Notes under the pieces: model-generated
Database searches by the model: none
Told to the model about the DNA's origin: nothing
The model's input: only the letters and a program-made list of their open reading frames with translations
Part shown: piece by piece, positions 9,962 to 19,552 of the stretch
Layout: the number at the start of each line of letters is the position of its first letter
Numbering within the stretch: position 1 is the stretch's first letter
Assembly: GCA_963674745.2 (NCBI GenBank)
Contig: CAXXDV010000001.1
Location: 704,001 to 768,000, forward strand
Origin: Desulfosudaceae bacterium
Lineage (GTDB): Bacteria > Desulfobacterota > Desulfobacteria > Desulfobacterales > Desulfosudaceae
Reading direction: 5' to 3'
Length of the DNA: 64,000 bases
Position numbers and translations under genes: made by a program

Positions 9962-12274
9962 TTAAAGCGAGGGAAGCCCGTCCAGCATTTTGCCGTCCGA
10001 AGAACCGTTCAACTGAAACCCGACCACGTTCTTGTCGGACGTAAACGAAATGTAAGTGGCGTTACTGATATTCTGTGGCGTGAATATTGCCTCCGCCATG
10101 TTGACCACTTTTTCATGCCCACCGACATTGATGGTGCTGGTAGCTATCGCGGCGCCACTATCGTTATATGCCCTCAGGGTGACGGACGCCTGGCTGTTTT
10201 CGGTATTGACAAAGGCAATGCCGGTCCAGCCGCTTTTTTCGATCTTGGCAAAAACGCCCTGCTTCGCGCCGGTGCCGCTGCCTTCGGCGTAAGCCGCCAG
10301 CAGTTTGCCGTTGATTGTACCAAACAGTTCAAATCCGCTTAATGGCCGCGTGGCATCAATTTTAAACCAGGCGGTCTCGGCGTCAAGCCCCAGGTTCTTG
10401 ACCACACCGATATATTTTTCACCGCCTGCAATGGACAGGTTAAAAGGCGTCAGGGCCGTCCCGGTCTCACTATAGGGAGAAACCGTCAAGTCAGATGCCA
10501 TGGCCGATGGGTTATAAGCGACTATGCCTGTCCACCAGGTGTTCATGTCGGCCACATGGGGATAGTATATGGTCGAGACCGTGTCATCCGTCAGCAAAAG
10601 GCCGTCCAGCTGGGTGTCGTTACCAAACAGTTCCAAACCGATGACGCCGCTGGCGTTGCTGATCACACCCGACTTGATGGCGGTCTGCGGTTGTCCGCCG
10701 AACAGGCCGGCCACGGTAAAAATTTTGTGCTCGTTGGCATTGATGGTATAGTTGACACTCCGGCCATCATTGAAAGTAATGGTCATATTCTTCGTTGCCG
10801 AGGTGGTGTTAACCAGGCTGATCCCGGTCCAGAAGCTGGCGTTGGAGGCGATATGCGAAATATAGATATCCGACGCATTGACCTCGTCAACCGCGGGAAT
10901 GGCGGTCCGGTAGAGCCCGTTCTGAAAAAACTTTGTATAGCCCCGGACGACCCCTTCGGTATCTGAATAAAAAACGATATAGCCGATGTTGGCATGATTA
11001 GTAAATTCATTGGCAACGGTGATCTGCTTCCGTCCGTGGGCGGCAAGTGAAACGGTTTGGGTCTCAACCAGTTCACCGCTGTTGCTGAAGCCTGACAGCG
11101 TTCCACTGACCGTTTGACTGCCGGTGTTGATAAGAGCGATCTCTGTCTGCCAGGGAGTCCGGGTTGAAACATGCGGAAAATAAAGGGGATAACCATCTGA
11201 ACCGGCAGTCGATCTGGCGACACACACCGTAAGCTGGGGATCGTCATAATCACTGGTGATGACAAGCAGGTCTTTTCCGCAATCCATAATCCCGGCCAGA
11301 GAGGCATCACCTCCCTGTGTAATTATCCCGTTTGCGTTCATGGTCAAGGTGCCTGAACCCATGCCGGAATCCTGATCTGAATCACTCCAGTTGGTGGTGA
11401 AGTTTCCGACGGCATCGAAATTCAAGTCGGCCCGTTCCCAGCCTTCCCAGCCCGAGGCCGAAGAGTAAACTGAATGGGCTTTCCACTCGCCGGCAAGGTC
11501 GGAAGCACTGAACGCAGACCCGCATTGCTTAACCGCAATCATCAGTGAAGGGTCACCGGCGCCCTCGTATTCACCTGTCATGACAAACAGATTCTTGTCA
11601 GGGCTCATAATACCCTCAAAAGAGGGGACGCCTGTGAGCGTGATGATACCGCTGGAATCAATGGCCAGTGTTCCTGCAGTCGTGCCGGAATCCAGGTCCG
11701 AGTCTATCCAGTTGGCCGTAAAGTTTCCGGAATTATCGATGGCAAACGCTGTCCGGTCCCAGCCTTCCCAACCCGAGGCCGTAGAATGAATCAAATGCGC
11801 ATTCCAGTTGCCCGCAAGATCGGAAGCACTAAATGAAGTCCCGGTCTGTTTGACACCGACCATTAAAAAGGGATCATATCCAGGATTGGAATATTGGCCT
11901 GTCATGACAAACAGGTTTTTATCAGACCGCATTATACCTTCTACCGAGGAACCATAAGCCGGGATTGTTATTATCCCGTTGGCATCAATAGCCAGGGCGC
12001 CGGCATCCGTACCGGAATCCATGTCCGAGTCCACCCATGTAGCCGTAAAATTTCCGGAATTGTCCACCGTAAGACTCGTACGGTCCCAACCTTCCCAGCC
12101 CGAAGCTGAAGAATTCATCATGTGCGCTTTCCAGCTGCCCGAAAGATCGGCGGATGAAAAAGCATCGGCCGCAAAAGACAGGGTGCCGCTAAACAGCATA
12201 ATAACAGTTACCAGACAAGCACTCAGAACAGCCGTGTGCTTAAACCCGACCTTCAGTGTTTCTTCGTTTCGCAT
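9962..12274 (-). CDS. Secreted repeat protein (three ~110-aa N-terminal repeats plus a repeated C-terminal region)
   Basis: Signal peptide; three repeats with SASGWEGW..GNFT..W.DSD.DSG; C-terminal repeats of the LYFPHV..W.T.I...N type. Confidence 0.8.
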   Translation of the reverse strand: MRNEETLKVGFKHTAVLSACLVTVIMLFSGTLSFAADAFSSADLSGSWKAHMMNSSASGWEGWDRTSLTVDNSGNFTATWVDSDMDSGTDAGALAIDANGIITIPAYGSSVEGIMRSDKNLFVMTGQYSNPGYDPFLMVGVKQTGTSFSASDLAGNWNAHLIHSTASGWEGWDRTAFAIDNSGNFTANWIDSDLDSGTTAGTLAIDSSGIITLTGVPSFEGIMSPDKNLFVMTGEYEGAGDPSLMIAVKQCGSAFSASDLAGEWKAHSVYSSASGWEGWERADLNFDAVGNFTTNWSDSDQDSGMGSGTLTMNANGIITQGGDASLAGIMDCGKDLLVITSDYDDPQLTVCVARSTAGSDGYPLYFPHVSTRTPWQTEIALINTGSQTVSGTLSGFSNSGELVETQTVSLAAHGRKQITVANEFTNHANIGYIVFYSDTEGVVRGYTKFFQNGLYRTAIPAVDEVNASDIYISHIASNASFWTGISLVNTTSATKNMTITFNDGRSVNYTINANEHKIFTVAGLFGGQPQTAIKSGVISNASGVIGLELFGNDTQLDGLLLTDDTVSTIYYPHVADMNTWWTGIVAYNPSAMASDLTVSPYSETGTALTPFNLSIAGGEKYIGVVKNLGLDAETAWFKIDATRPLSGFELFGTINGKLLAAYAEGSGTGAKQGVFAKIEKSGWTGIAFVNTENSQASVTLRAYNDSGAAIATSTINVGGHEKVVNMAEAIFTPQNISNATYISFTSDKNVVGFQLNGSSDGKMLDGLPSL

Positions 12275-12586
12275 GGGGACTCCTTTAAAATTTTTGCTGT
12301 TTCCTGTTTCCCAGCATCAGCCAGCGCCAAAACATGACGCACAGGTTCTCGCTGACCGATTATATTTGTTTGCGTTATATCAACCTGCTGAAAGGGTCAA
12401 GTTTTTTTTGCCGTGCCGCCATTGTCACCGATCAAACAAAAAGTGATGAAATTTTGCCGGCCGCTATTCAAACACTTCAAAAACTGATATAATTTTAAAA
12501 TAATATTAATTACGAGATAAGCAGGGAGCCGGAAAAACCGGCGCTCAACAATTTGTATTGTATTAACCGGAAAACAGGGAGGAAGC

Positions 12587-12949
12587 ATGAGGCGGATCGT
12601 ATTAATTCTGGCAATCGCAACGGTATTATGTACCGGATGTTCTCAACGTATTCTGGACTTTACCATCATTTCGTCAAAAAATGTTGATTTATCTCGTGCC
12701 GACACCTGGGAACAAGCCTCATGGCGTGTTAAGGGAGTCGATACGGCCCACTGGATCATCTTCTTTCCGACCGGAATACCTGACGCAAAAGAAGCCATGG
12801 ATCGTGCCATCGAGTCCCAGCCGGGCGCGGTGGCCCTTGTCGACGGCGTCGTCTCATACAAAGGTTGGATGATCCCGCTGCTTTATGGACAGCAGAAGTA
12901 TATTGTTGAAGGTTCCCCCCTGATTGACCCCAAGCTGAAAAGGCCTTAA
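12587..12949 (+). CDS. Small lipoprotein
   Basis: Hydrophobic leader ending LCTGC (lipobox); strong GGAGG RBS; terminator downstream. Confidence 0.8.
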   Translation: MRRIVLILAIATVLCTGCSQRILDFTIISSKNVDLSRADTWEQASWRVKGVDTAHWIIFFPTGIPDAKEAMDRAIESQPGAVALVDGVVSYKGWMIPLLYGQQKYIVEGSPLIDPKLKRP

Positions 12950-12983
12950 CGCGAAATAACGACTAAAGACACTGCAATTGCAT

Positions 12984-13013
12984 AAAAGGCCGGGCGGTTT
13001 TGCCCGGCCTTTT
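12984..13013. terminator. Intrinsic terminator, probably bidirectional
   Basis: aaaaggccgggc-ggtttt-gcccggcctttt. Confidence 0.8.
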
Positions 13014-13131
13014 GTCGTTCCCGGCCAAAAACATTACCCCGCCGCAATTAAGGCCTGTGACGAGAGACCGGAAAAAGCGGAAAACGGTTTGCGCGCAGGG
13101 TTGGCTGTGGGTCAGGCCTTTTTCAGACCAT

Positions 13132-13170
13132 AAAAAAAGGGGTTAAGATTTTCTCTTAACCCCTTGTTTT
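13132..13170 (-). terminator. Intrinsic terminator after tRNA-fMet
   Basis: aaggggttaaga..tcttaacccctt stem with a T run on the minus strand. Confidence 0.8.
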
Positions 13171-13175
13171 ATTTT

Positions 13176-13252
<77 letters not shown>

Positions 13253-13272
13253 TCAAATTAGAGTAATTTTGT

Positions 13273-13300
13273 ATTATAGTTTGTTCCGCCGTTGTGTCAA
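13273..13300 (-). promoter_or_regulatory. Sigma70 promoter of tRNA-fMet
   Basis: TTGACA-16 nt-TATAAT on the minus strand, about 20 nt upstream of the tRNA. Confidence 0.85.
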
Positions 13301-13313
13301 GAGGTTTTTATCA

Positions 13314-13625
13314 TTAATAATCGGCAATCAGCGCTTTAATCCGTGCTTGATTCTCTTTTCCCTGTTTGTCCGTTGAAAAGCGGGCCATTACCTGCTTTTG
13401 TCGGGAGGATTGCCCGGAAATGATTTCAAGATCGGTTTTGGGCATCTGAAATGTTTTGGCCAGAAAAGAAACACACATCTTATTGGCCGCCCCGTCTACC
13501 GGCGGCGCTTTGAGTTTTACTTTAAGCGCGTCCCCATGACGCCCCACAATCTGATTTTTAGAGGATCTGGGCACGGCCAGCACTTTGAATTCCAGAGAAC
13601 CCGATGTTTCTTTAACGGGAATCAT
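13314..13625 (-). CDS. DUF167 (YggU) family protein
   Basis: VPRSSKNQI..LKVKLKAPPVDGAAN..IISGQSSRQK. Confidence 0.92.
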   Translation of the reverse strand: MIPVKETSGSLEFKVLAVPRSSKNQIVGRHGDALKVKLKAPPVDGAANKMCVSFLAKTFQMPKTDLEIISGQSSRQKQVMARFSTDKQGKENQARIKALIADY

Positions 13626-13644
13626 GCGGCCTCCGCACTGGTTC

Positions 13645-14253
13645 TTACAGATTCAGGGCCTCGACCAGTCGTTCTTTTAACTGTTCGTACGTGGTGGTAA
13701 CGGGAAATTGCGGGAATTCCGTGATCACATTTTCCGGGGGCCGAAACAGGATGCCACTGGCCGCTTCTTTGAGCATGCTGATATCGTTGTATGAGTCGCC
13801 CATGGCCGTAATCCGGTAATTCAGGCTTTTCAGGGCCTGGACGGTTTTCCTTTTGCCGTCCTGCTGACGAAGGGTATAATCGACGACATCCCCCTTATCG
13901 CCGATAACCAGGGTATTACAGAACAGGGTCGGCATCTTCAGTTTTTCCATCAAAGGGCCGGCAAACTGGGTGAAGGTATCAGACACAACAATCACCTGGA
14001 CTTCCCGACGCAACCAGTCCAGAAAATCCACCGCCCCTTCCAGAGGCTCAAGGGTGGCGATAACATCTGTAATATCTTTTAATTTCAGGTTGTTTTCAGC
14101 CAGGATACCCAGTCTTTTTTTCATCAGCACATCATAATCGGATATATCCCGGGTGGTCAGTTTAAGTTCCTCGATACCGGTTTTAAGGGCCACATTAATC
14201 CAGATCTCGGGCACAAACACACCTTCCAGGTCGCTACAGACAATATTCATCAT
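13645..14253 (-). CDS. thrH: Phosphoserine phosphatase / homoserine phosphotransferase
   Basis: DLEGVFVPEIW, TTRDISDYDVLM, GDSYND HAD motifs. Confidence 0.95.
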   Translation of the reverse strand: MMNIVCSDLEGVFVPEIWINVALKTGIEELKLTTRDISDYDVLMKKRLGILAENNLKLKDITDVIATLEPLEGAVDFLDWLRREVQVIVVSDTFTQFAGPLMEKLKMPTLFCNTLVIGDKGDVVDYTLRQQDGKRKTVQALKSLNYRITAMGDSYNDISMLKEAASGILFRPPENVITEFPQFPVTTTYEQLKERLVEALNL

Positions 14254-14263
14254 AAATCTTTTC

Positions 14264-15586
14264 CTATTCAGTTTCTCCATCGACATCGTCAATGCGGATC
14301 AGCATCGGTTTGTCGGTCACAATGTCCAGGGCCGCGATTTCCGTCAGTGCCTGCTTGACGTCAGCTTCATAAGCCAGATGCGAGATCATGACCAGCGGCA
14401 CTTGTCCGCCGTCGACAACCCGCCCTTTCTGCTGAACCGATTCGATGCTGATATTATGGTTTCCCAGGATACCGGCAATTTTCGAAAGCACACCCGGCCG
14501 GTCAGAAGCGGTAAAACGGAAATAATAACGGGTAAGCAGATTATCCATGGGCAGCACCGGCATCGGCTTGACGGCGCCGTCTTGATACGAAAGAGCCGGA
14601 ACACGCTGTTTCATGCCCCCGGCGATATTTCTGGCCAGGTCCACAATATCGGACAACACCGCGCTGGCGGTGGGCATCATACCGGCCCCATGGCCATAAA
14701 GAAGGATGTCACCCACGCAGTCACCGGAAACCGTCACCGCGTTCAGGGAACCGTTGACACTGGATAAAAGATTGTCTTCCGGGATCATGGTCGGATGGAT
14801 TCTGGCCTCCACACCGCCCTTGGTCCGTTTGCTGATGGCCAGCAGTTTGATCCGGTAACCAAAGGCTTCGGCAAACTCGATATCCAGAGGGGTGATGGAC
14901 CGGATGCCCTCAACGTAAATATCCTTTAAATTGATGGTCATGCCGAAACTGATGGCATTCAAAATGGCCAGCTTGTGCGCCGTATCCATGCCGTCAATAT
15001 CCAGGGTGGGATCGGCTTCGGCAAAGCCCTTGTCCTGAGCTTCTTTTAAAGCGACGTCAAAAGCACATCGCTCTTCGGTAATTTTGGTCAGAATATAGTT
15101 GCAGGTGCCGTTTAGAATCCCCCGGATGGAGTCAATCCGGTTGGCGACCAGAGACTCCCGGATGGTCTTGATAATGGGCATGCATCCGCCCACGCTTGCT
15201 TCATAGGCGATATCCACGTTTTTTTCCGCCGCCTGTGAAAAAATTTCACCGCCGTGGTTTGACAGCAACGCTTTATTGGCGGTGACAATGTGTTTGCCGT
15301 TCTCAATGGCACGCAACATCAGGTCTTTGGCAATGGTTTCGCCGCCGATCAACTCGACAATAATATCAATTTCCGGATCGCTGATAACCGCCCCGGCATC
15401 TGCCGTCATCACACCCGGTTCCAGGGCCAGACCCCGGTCCCGCTCGGTATCGATATCAGCGATGTTTTTTAATTTTAATATCAAACCGCTCCTGGCAGCA
15501 ATCAGGGACTGCTTGTCCAGCAGCGTTTTAGCCACGCCGGTGCCAACCGTGCCGCAACCGAGCAGACCAATTGAGATTGTTTTCAT
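14264..15586 (-). CDS. hom: Homoserine dehydrogenase with ACT domain
   Basis: GCGTVGTG, VTANKA, GILNGTCNYIL, GAGMMPTASAV, C-terminal DRPGVL. Confidence 0.96.
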   Translation of the reverse strand: MKTISIGLLGCGTVGTGVAKTLLDKQSLIAARSGLILKLKNIADIDTERDRGLALEPGVMTADAGAVISDPEIDIIVELIGGETIAKDLMLRAIENGKHIVTANKALLSNHGGEIFSQAAEKNVDIAYEASVGGCMPIIKTIRESLVANRIDSIRGILNGTCNYILTKITEERCAFDVALKEAQDKGFAEADPTLDIDGMDTAHKLAILNAISFGMTINLKDIYVEGIRSITPLDIEFAEAFGYRIKLLAISKRTKGGVEARIHPTMIPEDNLLSSVNGSLNAVTVSGDCVGDILLYGHGAGMMPTASAVLSDIVDLARNIAGGMKQRVPALSYQDGAVKPMPVLPMDNLLTRYYFRFTASDRPGVLSKIAGILGNHNISIESVQQKGRVVDGGQVPLVMISHLAYEADVKQALTEIAALDIVTDKPMLIRIDDVDGETE

Positions 15587-15649
15587 TAAACACCTTTTTA
15601 CTGTTAGTATTACCGCTTTTTAATCAATCTATCGGCAGAAAAGGCCTCC

Positions 15650-15720
15650 GGAATTCGAAGGGAGTCGAGAAATTGAATGCCCTTTCCCTCGACCCCTTGA
15701 ATCCTTGAACCCTGGAATCC
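15650..15720. repeat. Degenerate 8-bp tandem repeat with a partial inverted copy
   Basis: cctcgacc-ccttgaat-ccttgaac-cctggaat (15687-15718); ggaattcgaagggagtcgag upstream can pair with it. Confidence 0.6.
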
Positions 15721-16890
15721 TTATATTATCTTTTTAATGCCCCGGACCGCCTGATTGATACGCATTTCGTTTTCAATCAGCGCGAAGCGGACATAGTCGT
15801 CACCGTATTCGCCGAACCCCAGCCCGGGTGAAACCGCAACCTGGGATTCATGGATCAGCATTTTGGAAAATTCCACCGAGCCCATTTCCCTAAATTTTTC
15901 CGGGATTCTGGCCCAGACAAACATGGTGGCCTTCGGCTTTTCGATGGACCAGCCCACCCGGTTCAACCCGTTTACCAGGGTGTCCCGGCGGGACCGGTAG
16001 GTTTCGCAGATGTCCTGAACGCATTCCTGGGGACCGTTCAAGGCGATAATGGACGCGATCTGAATGGGCTGGAACATGCCGTAATCCAGGTAGCTTTTGA
16101 TCCGCCGCAGAGCCGCCACGATATGCCGGTTGCCGACACAAAAACCGACCCGCCAGCCGGGCATGCTGTAGCTTTTTGACAGAGAGAAAAACTCTACTCC
16201 CACATCCTTGGCCCCTTCCACCTGTAGAAAACTCGGGGCCTGGTAACCGTCAAACACGAGGTCGGCATAGGCGAAATCATGGATGACCATGACATCATAT
16301 TTTCTCGCATAGGCCACGATTTCCTTGAAAAAATCCAGTTCCACAATTTCGGTGGTCGGGTTATGCGGATAGCAAAGCACCAGGACCTTGGGCTTGGGCC
16401 AGCTCTGCCGGGTAGCGTCGGTAAGGTTCTTGAGAAAATCTTCCCCCGGCCCCACCGGAATGCCGCGAACACTGCCGCCGGCGATGATGGTAGCGTAGGG
16501 ATGAATGGGATAAGTCGGGCTGGGGGTAAACACCAGATCACCGGGACGGATCGTCACCAGGATGAGATGAGAGAAACCCTCTTTCACCCCCATGGTGGCA
16601 ATCGCTTCTTCCTCATAATCAATACCTACGTCGTAGCGGCGCTGGTACCAGTCGGCGATGGCCATACGGAGTTTACGGATCCCCATGGAAGCCGAATAGC
16701 GGTGATTATGGCCTTTTTCGGCCGCTTCCACCAGCTTGGCAACCACGTGATCCGGTGTCGACAAATCGGGGTTTCCCATACCCAGATCGATAATATCCTT
16801 ACCCGCCCGCCGTTCCTCCATCTTGATCTGGTTGACCGTGGCAAACACATAGGGCGGCAGGCGATCAAGCCTTCCAAATTTAGTATTCAT
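15721..16890 (-). CDS. alaC: Class I/II PLP aminotransferase (AlaC/YfdZ-like)
   Basis: [35 protein letters not shown]; lies upstream of hom. Confidence 0.8.
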   Translation of the reverse strand: MNTKFGRLDRLPPYVFATVNQIKMEERRAGKDIIDLGMGNPDLSTPDHVVAKLVEAAEKGHNHRYSASMGIRKLRMAIADWYQRRYDVGIDYEEEAIATMGVKEGFSHLILVTIRPGDLVFTPSPTYPIHPYATIIAGGSVRGIPVGPGEDFLKNLTDATRQSWPKPKVLVLCYPHNPTTEIVELDFFKEIVAYARKYDVMVIHDFAYADLVFDGYQAPSFLQVEGAKDVGVEFFSLSKSYSMPGWRVGFCVGNRHIVAALRRIKSYLDYGMFQPIQIASIIALNGPQECVQDICETYRSRRDTLVNGLNRVGWSIEKPKATMFVWARIPEKFREMGSVEFSKMLIHESQVAVSPGLGFGEYGDDYVRFALIENEMRINQAVRGIKKII

Positions 16891-17051
16891 TCTTTCTTCC
16901 TTTTCAAACAAAGATAAACACACCATAATTACTACAGGTCAACGGCCGCTGTCAAAAAATATTTTGACTTTTCACAGGCATAACGTTAATATTGTTGGTC
17001 TTTGGCTACAAATAATTCTACGCATGCAAGATATATGATAAGGACGCGGAT

Positions 17052-18092
17052 ATGACTTCAATAACATATAAAGACGCCGGTGTTGACATTGACAAAGGCA
17101 ACGCCTTTGTCGAACAGATCAAAAAAATCGCCAAAAAAACGCATCGGCGCGGGGTGATTGACGATATCGGTGGATTTGGCGGTTTGTTCTCGCTGGACAC
17201 CTCCGGCATGAAAAATCCGGTACTGGTCAGTTCCACCGATGGTGTCGGCACCAAGCTGAAAATTGCCTTCATGACCGGCAAGCATGATACGGTCGGTATC
17301 GATCTGGTGGCCATGTGTGTCAACGACGTCGCTGTGCAAGGGGCCGAACCCCTCTTTTTTCTGGACTACCTGGCCACAGGCAAGCTGGACATCAAAATCG
17401 CCACCGACGTGGTCAAAGGCATCGGGGACGGCTGTCAGCAGGCAGGGTGCGCGCTGATTGGCGGCGAAACAGCAGAGATGCCTGATTTTTATAAGAAAAA
17501 TGAATACGACCTGGCCGGCTTCACGGTCGGCATCGTCAACAACAGCCAGATTATTGACGGCTCGGACATACGGGTAGGCGACAAGGTTATCGGTATCGCC
17601 TCCAGCGGCCTTCACAGCAACGGCTATTCGATGGTGCGAAAAATATGCTTTGATATCCTGAAACTTAAACTCGAGGGCCATATTGAAGAATTCGGCCGCG
17701 CCCTGGGCGAAGAGCTGCTGGAACCGACCCGTATATATTCCGAATTGATCAAACGACTGATAAAAATGTTTACCATTCGCGGCCTGGCCCATATCACCGG
17801 CGGCGGCCTGGCGGAAAACCTGGCCCGTATCCTGCCCCAGACCTGCACCGCCGAAATCGCCGCGGGTTCATGGGACGTGCCGCCCGTATTCCGTTTTCTG
17901 CAACAAGGCGGCAATGTTTCCGACGATGAAATGCAACGAACCTTTAACAACGGCATCGGACTGGTGATCGTCGTATCTAAAAAGCAGTGTCAGGAAGTCC
18001 TGCAGAGCATTGAAGCCATGGGAGAAAAGGCGTTTCTGATCGGCGAAATAAAGTCCCGCAAGGAAAAGGCAACCCATGTTTACTTCAAGTAA
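17052..18092 (+). CDS. purM: Phosphoribosylformylglycinamidine cyclo-ligase
   Basis: TYKDAGVD, STDGVGTK, GGETAEMP, SSGLHSNGYS, HITGGG. Confidence 0.97.
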   Translation: MTSITYKDAGVDIDKGNAFVEQIKKIAKKTHRRGVIDDIGGFGGLFSLDTSGMKNPVLVSSTDGVGTKLKIAFMTGKHDTVGIDLVAMCVNDVAVQGAEPLFFLDYLATGKLDIKIATDVVKGIGDGCQQAGCALIGGETAEMPDFYKKNEYDLAGFTVGIVNNSQIIDGSDIRVGDKVIGIASSGLHSNGYSMVRKICFDILKLKLEGHIEEFGRALGEELLEPTRIYSELIKRLIKMFTIRGLAHITGGGLAENLARILPQTCTAEIAAGSWDVPPVFRFLQQGGNVSDDEMQRTFNNGIGLVIVVSKKQCQEVLQSIEAMGEKAFLIGEIKSRKEKATHVYFK

Positions 18093-18204
18093 TCCGGATA
18101 AAGATTCCCCTCCGGGATTTTTCAATCGCCTCCGAAAGGGTTTCATTCGTTGGATGGCGCGCATTGAAGAGGCGCAAAAAAAAACCCCTGCCTGTAAAAG
18201 CTGA
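18076..18204 (+). CDS. Unannotated 42-aa ORF ending C-K-S-TGA (possible selenoprotein extending to 18243)
   Basis: MFTSSNPDKDSPPGFFNRLRKGFIRWMARIEEAQKKTPACKS*; overlaps the purM end; AGGAAAAGG upstream; hairpin after the TGA. Confidence 0.5.
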   Translation: MFTSSNPDKDSPPGFFNRLRKGFIRWMARIEEAQKKTPACKS

Positions 18205-18325
18205 GGTGTTGCAAGGCGTCCGCCGGTACGGCGGAATCGATAACGGATTTGCGACACCCTGGTCTTGAACTTATTCCTTTGCCACCTGGAATCATATTTG
18301 ACAGAATCATTAGCGGAAGCATTAA

Positions 18326-19324
18326 ATGTATGTTCTGGGTATAGAAAGCTCGTGTGATGAAACAGCCGCAGCGGTTGTCCTAGACGGCCACACCATCCGC
18401 TCCTCGATCGTATCGTCACAGGTGAAGACACACCAGCCCTACGGCGGTGTTGTTCCCGAACTGGCATCGCGAAAACATATTGAAAACATCACCCCGGTTG
18501 TCCGGCAGGCCATAGCCGAAGCAGACCTGACCAACGACCGGATCGACGCCGTGGCCGCCACTCAGGGACCCGGCCTGGTCGGTGCTCTGCTGGTGGGCTT
18601 CTCCTTTGCCAAGGCCTTTGCCTACGCCCTGAACCGACCGCTGGTCGGCGTCAATCACCTGGACGGCCACCTGGCCTCGGTCCTTTTGACCGACAATCCA
18701 CCGGCCTTCCCGTTTGTAGCGCTGCTGGCTTCCGGCGGCCATACGGCCATCTATCATGTCAGGTCCAGGACCGAGGCCGATCTCATGGGGCAGACCCGGG
18801 ATGACGCGGCCGGTGAGGCATTTGACAAAGTCGCCAAAGTCATGGGCCTGGGCTATCCCGGCGGCGGAATCGTCGAACGGTGCGCCGCCCGTGGGGATCC
18901 ATCTGCTATCCGGTTCACACGGCCGTATCTTGATAAAAACGAATTTGATTTCAGCTTCAGCGGCATCAAAACAGCCGTCAGCCGCCAGGTTCAGTTAGCC
19001 GAAGACAATCTGGAAGCAATGATACCGGACATTGCAGCGGGTTTTCAGGAGGCGGTGGCCGATGTGCTGTGCCATAAACTGATTTACGCGGCCAAGGTCA
19101 AGAACACCCGTCATATCGCCCTGGTCGGGGGCGTGGCCGCCAATACCCACCTGCGTCGAAGAATGGCGGAGCAGGCCGAAGAAAACGGTCTGTCACTTCA
19201 CGTTCCACCGATTTCTCTCTGCGGCGACAACGCCGCCATGATTGCGGCTGCCGGATTTTACCGGCTTCAGGAGAGCAGACCGGTCGGTCTTGATGACGAT
19301 GTTTATTCAAGGATACGAGCGTAA
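18326..19324 (+). CDS. tsaD: tRNA N6-adenosine threonylcarbamoyltransferase
   Basis: LGIESSCDET, GGVVPELASRKH, HLDGH, DDAAGEAFDK, DNAAMIA. Confidence 0.97.
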   Translation: MYVLGIESSCDETAAAVVLDGHTIRSSIVSSQVKTHQPYGGVVPELASRKHIENITPVVRQAIAEADLTNDRIDAVAATQGPGLVGALLVGFSFAKAFAYALNRPLVGVNHLDGHLASVLLTDNPPAFPFVALLASGGHTAIYHVRSRTEADLMGQTRDDAAGEAFDKVAKVMGLGYPGGGIVERCAARGDPSAIRFTRPYLDKNEFDFSFSGIKTAVSRQVQLAEDNLEAMIPDIAAGFQEAVADVLCHKLIYAAKVKNTRHIALVGGVAANTHLRRRMAEQAEENGLSLHVPPISLCGDNAAMIAAAGFYRLQESRPVGLDDDVYSRIRA

Positions 19325-19359
19325 GCAGACGCCTTTTCGAATTTCTCCGGCAATAATAT

Positions 19360-19475
19360 GTAGCGGAAGGCTGCAAGGCAATCCGCTACGCACGTAGGGG
19401 CAACCCCCTGTGGTTGCCCTTTACCGGGCAGGCACGGGGGCCTGCCCCTACAATATGCATGAGCATCCGCCCTAC
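19360..19475. repeat. GTAG-type REP cluster 3, with a second REP type
   Basis: gtagcgga..tccgctac (19360-19389), gtaggggcaaccccctgtggttgccc (19394-19419), gggcaggcacgggggcctgcccctac (19426-19451), catccgccctac. Confidence 0.85.
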
Positions 19476-19552
19476 AGCATTCGCGATTACCCCACACCAC
19501 TCAAAAAAAGGCCGGCATTGTCTTTCTAAAAAGGGCTACCGCCGGATACACT

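Noticed and set aside
12275..12586. c-di-GMP riboswitch ahead of the secreted protein (also checked 25478-25718)
   Set aside because: The characteristic two-hairpin motif was not recognisable by eye.
7806..13175. Possible genomic island at the 3' end of tRNA-fMet
   Set aside because: Accessory-looking genes, but no integrase and no duplicated tRNA end were found.
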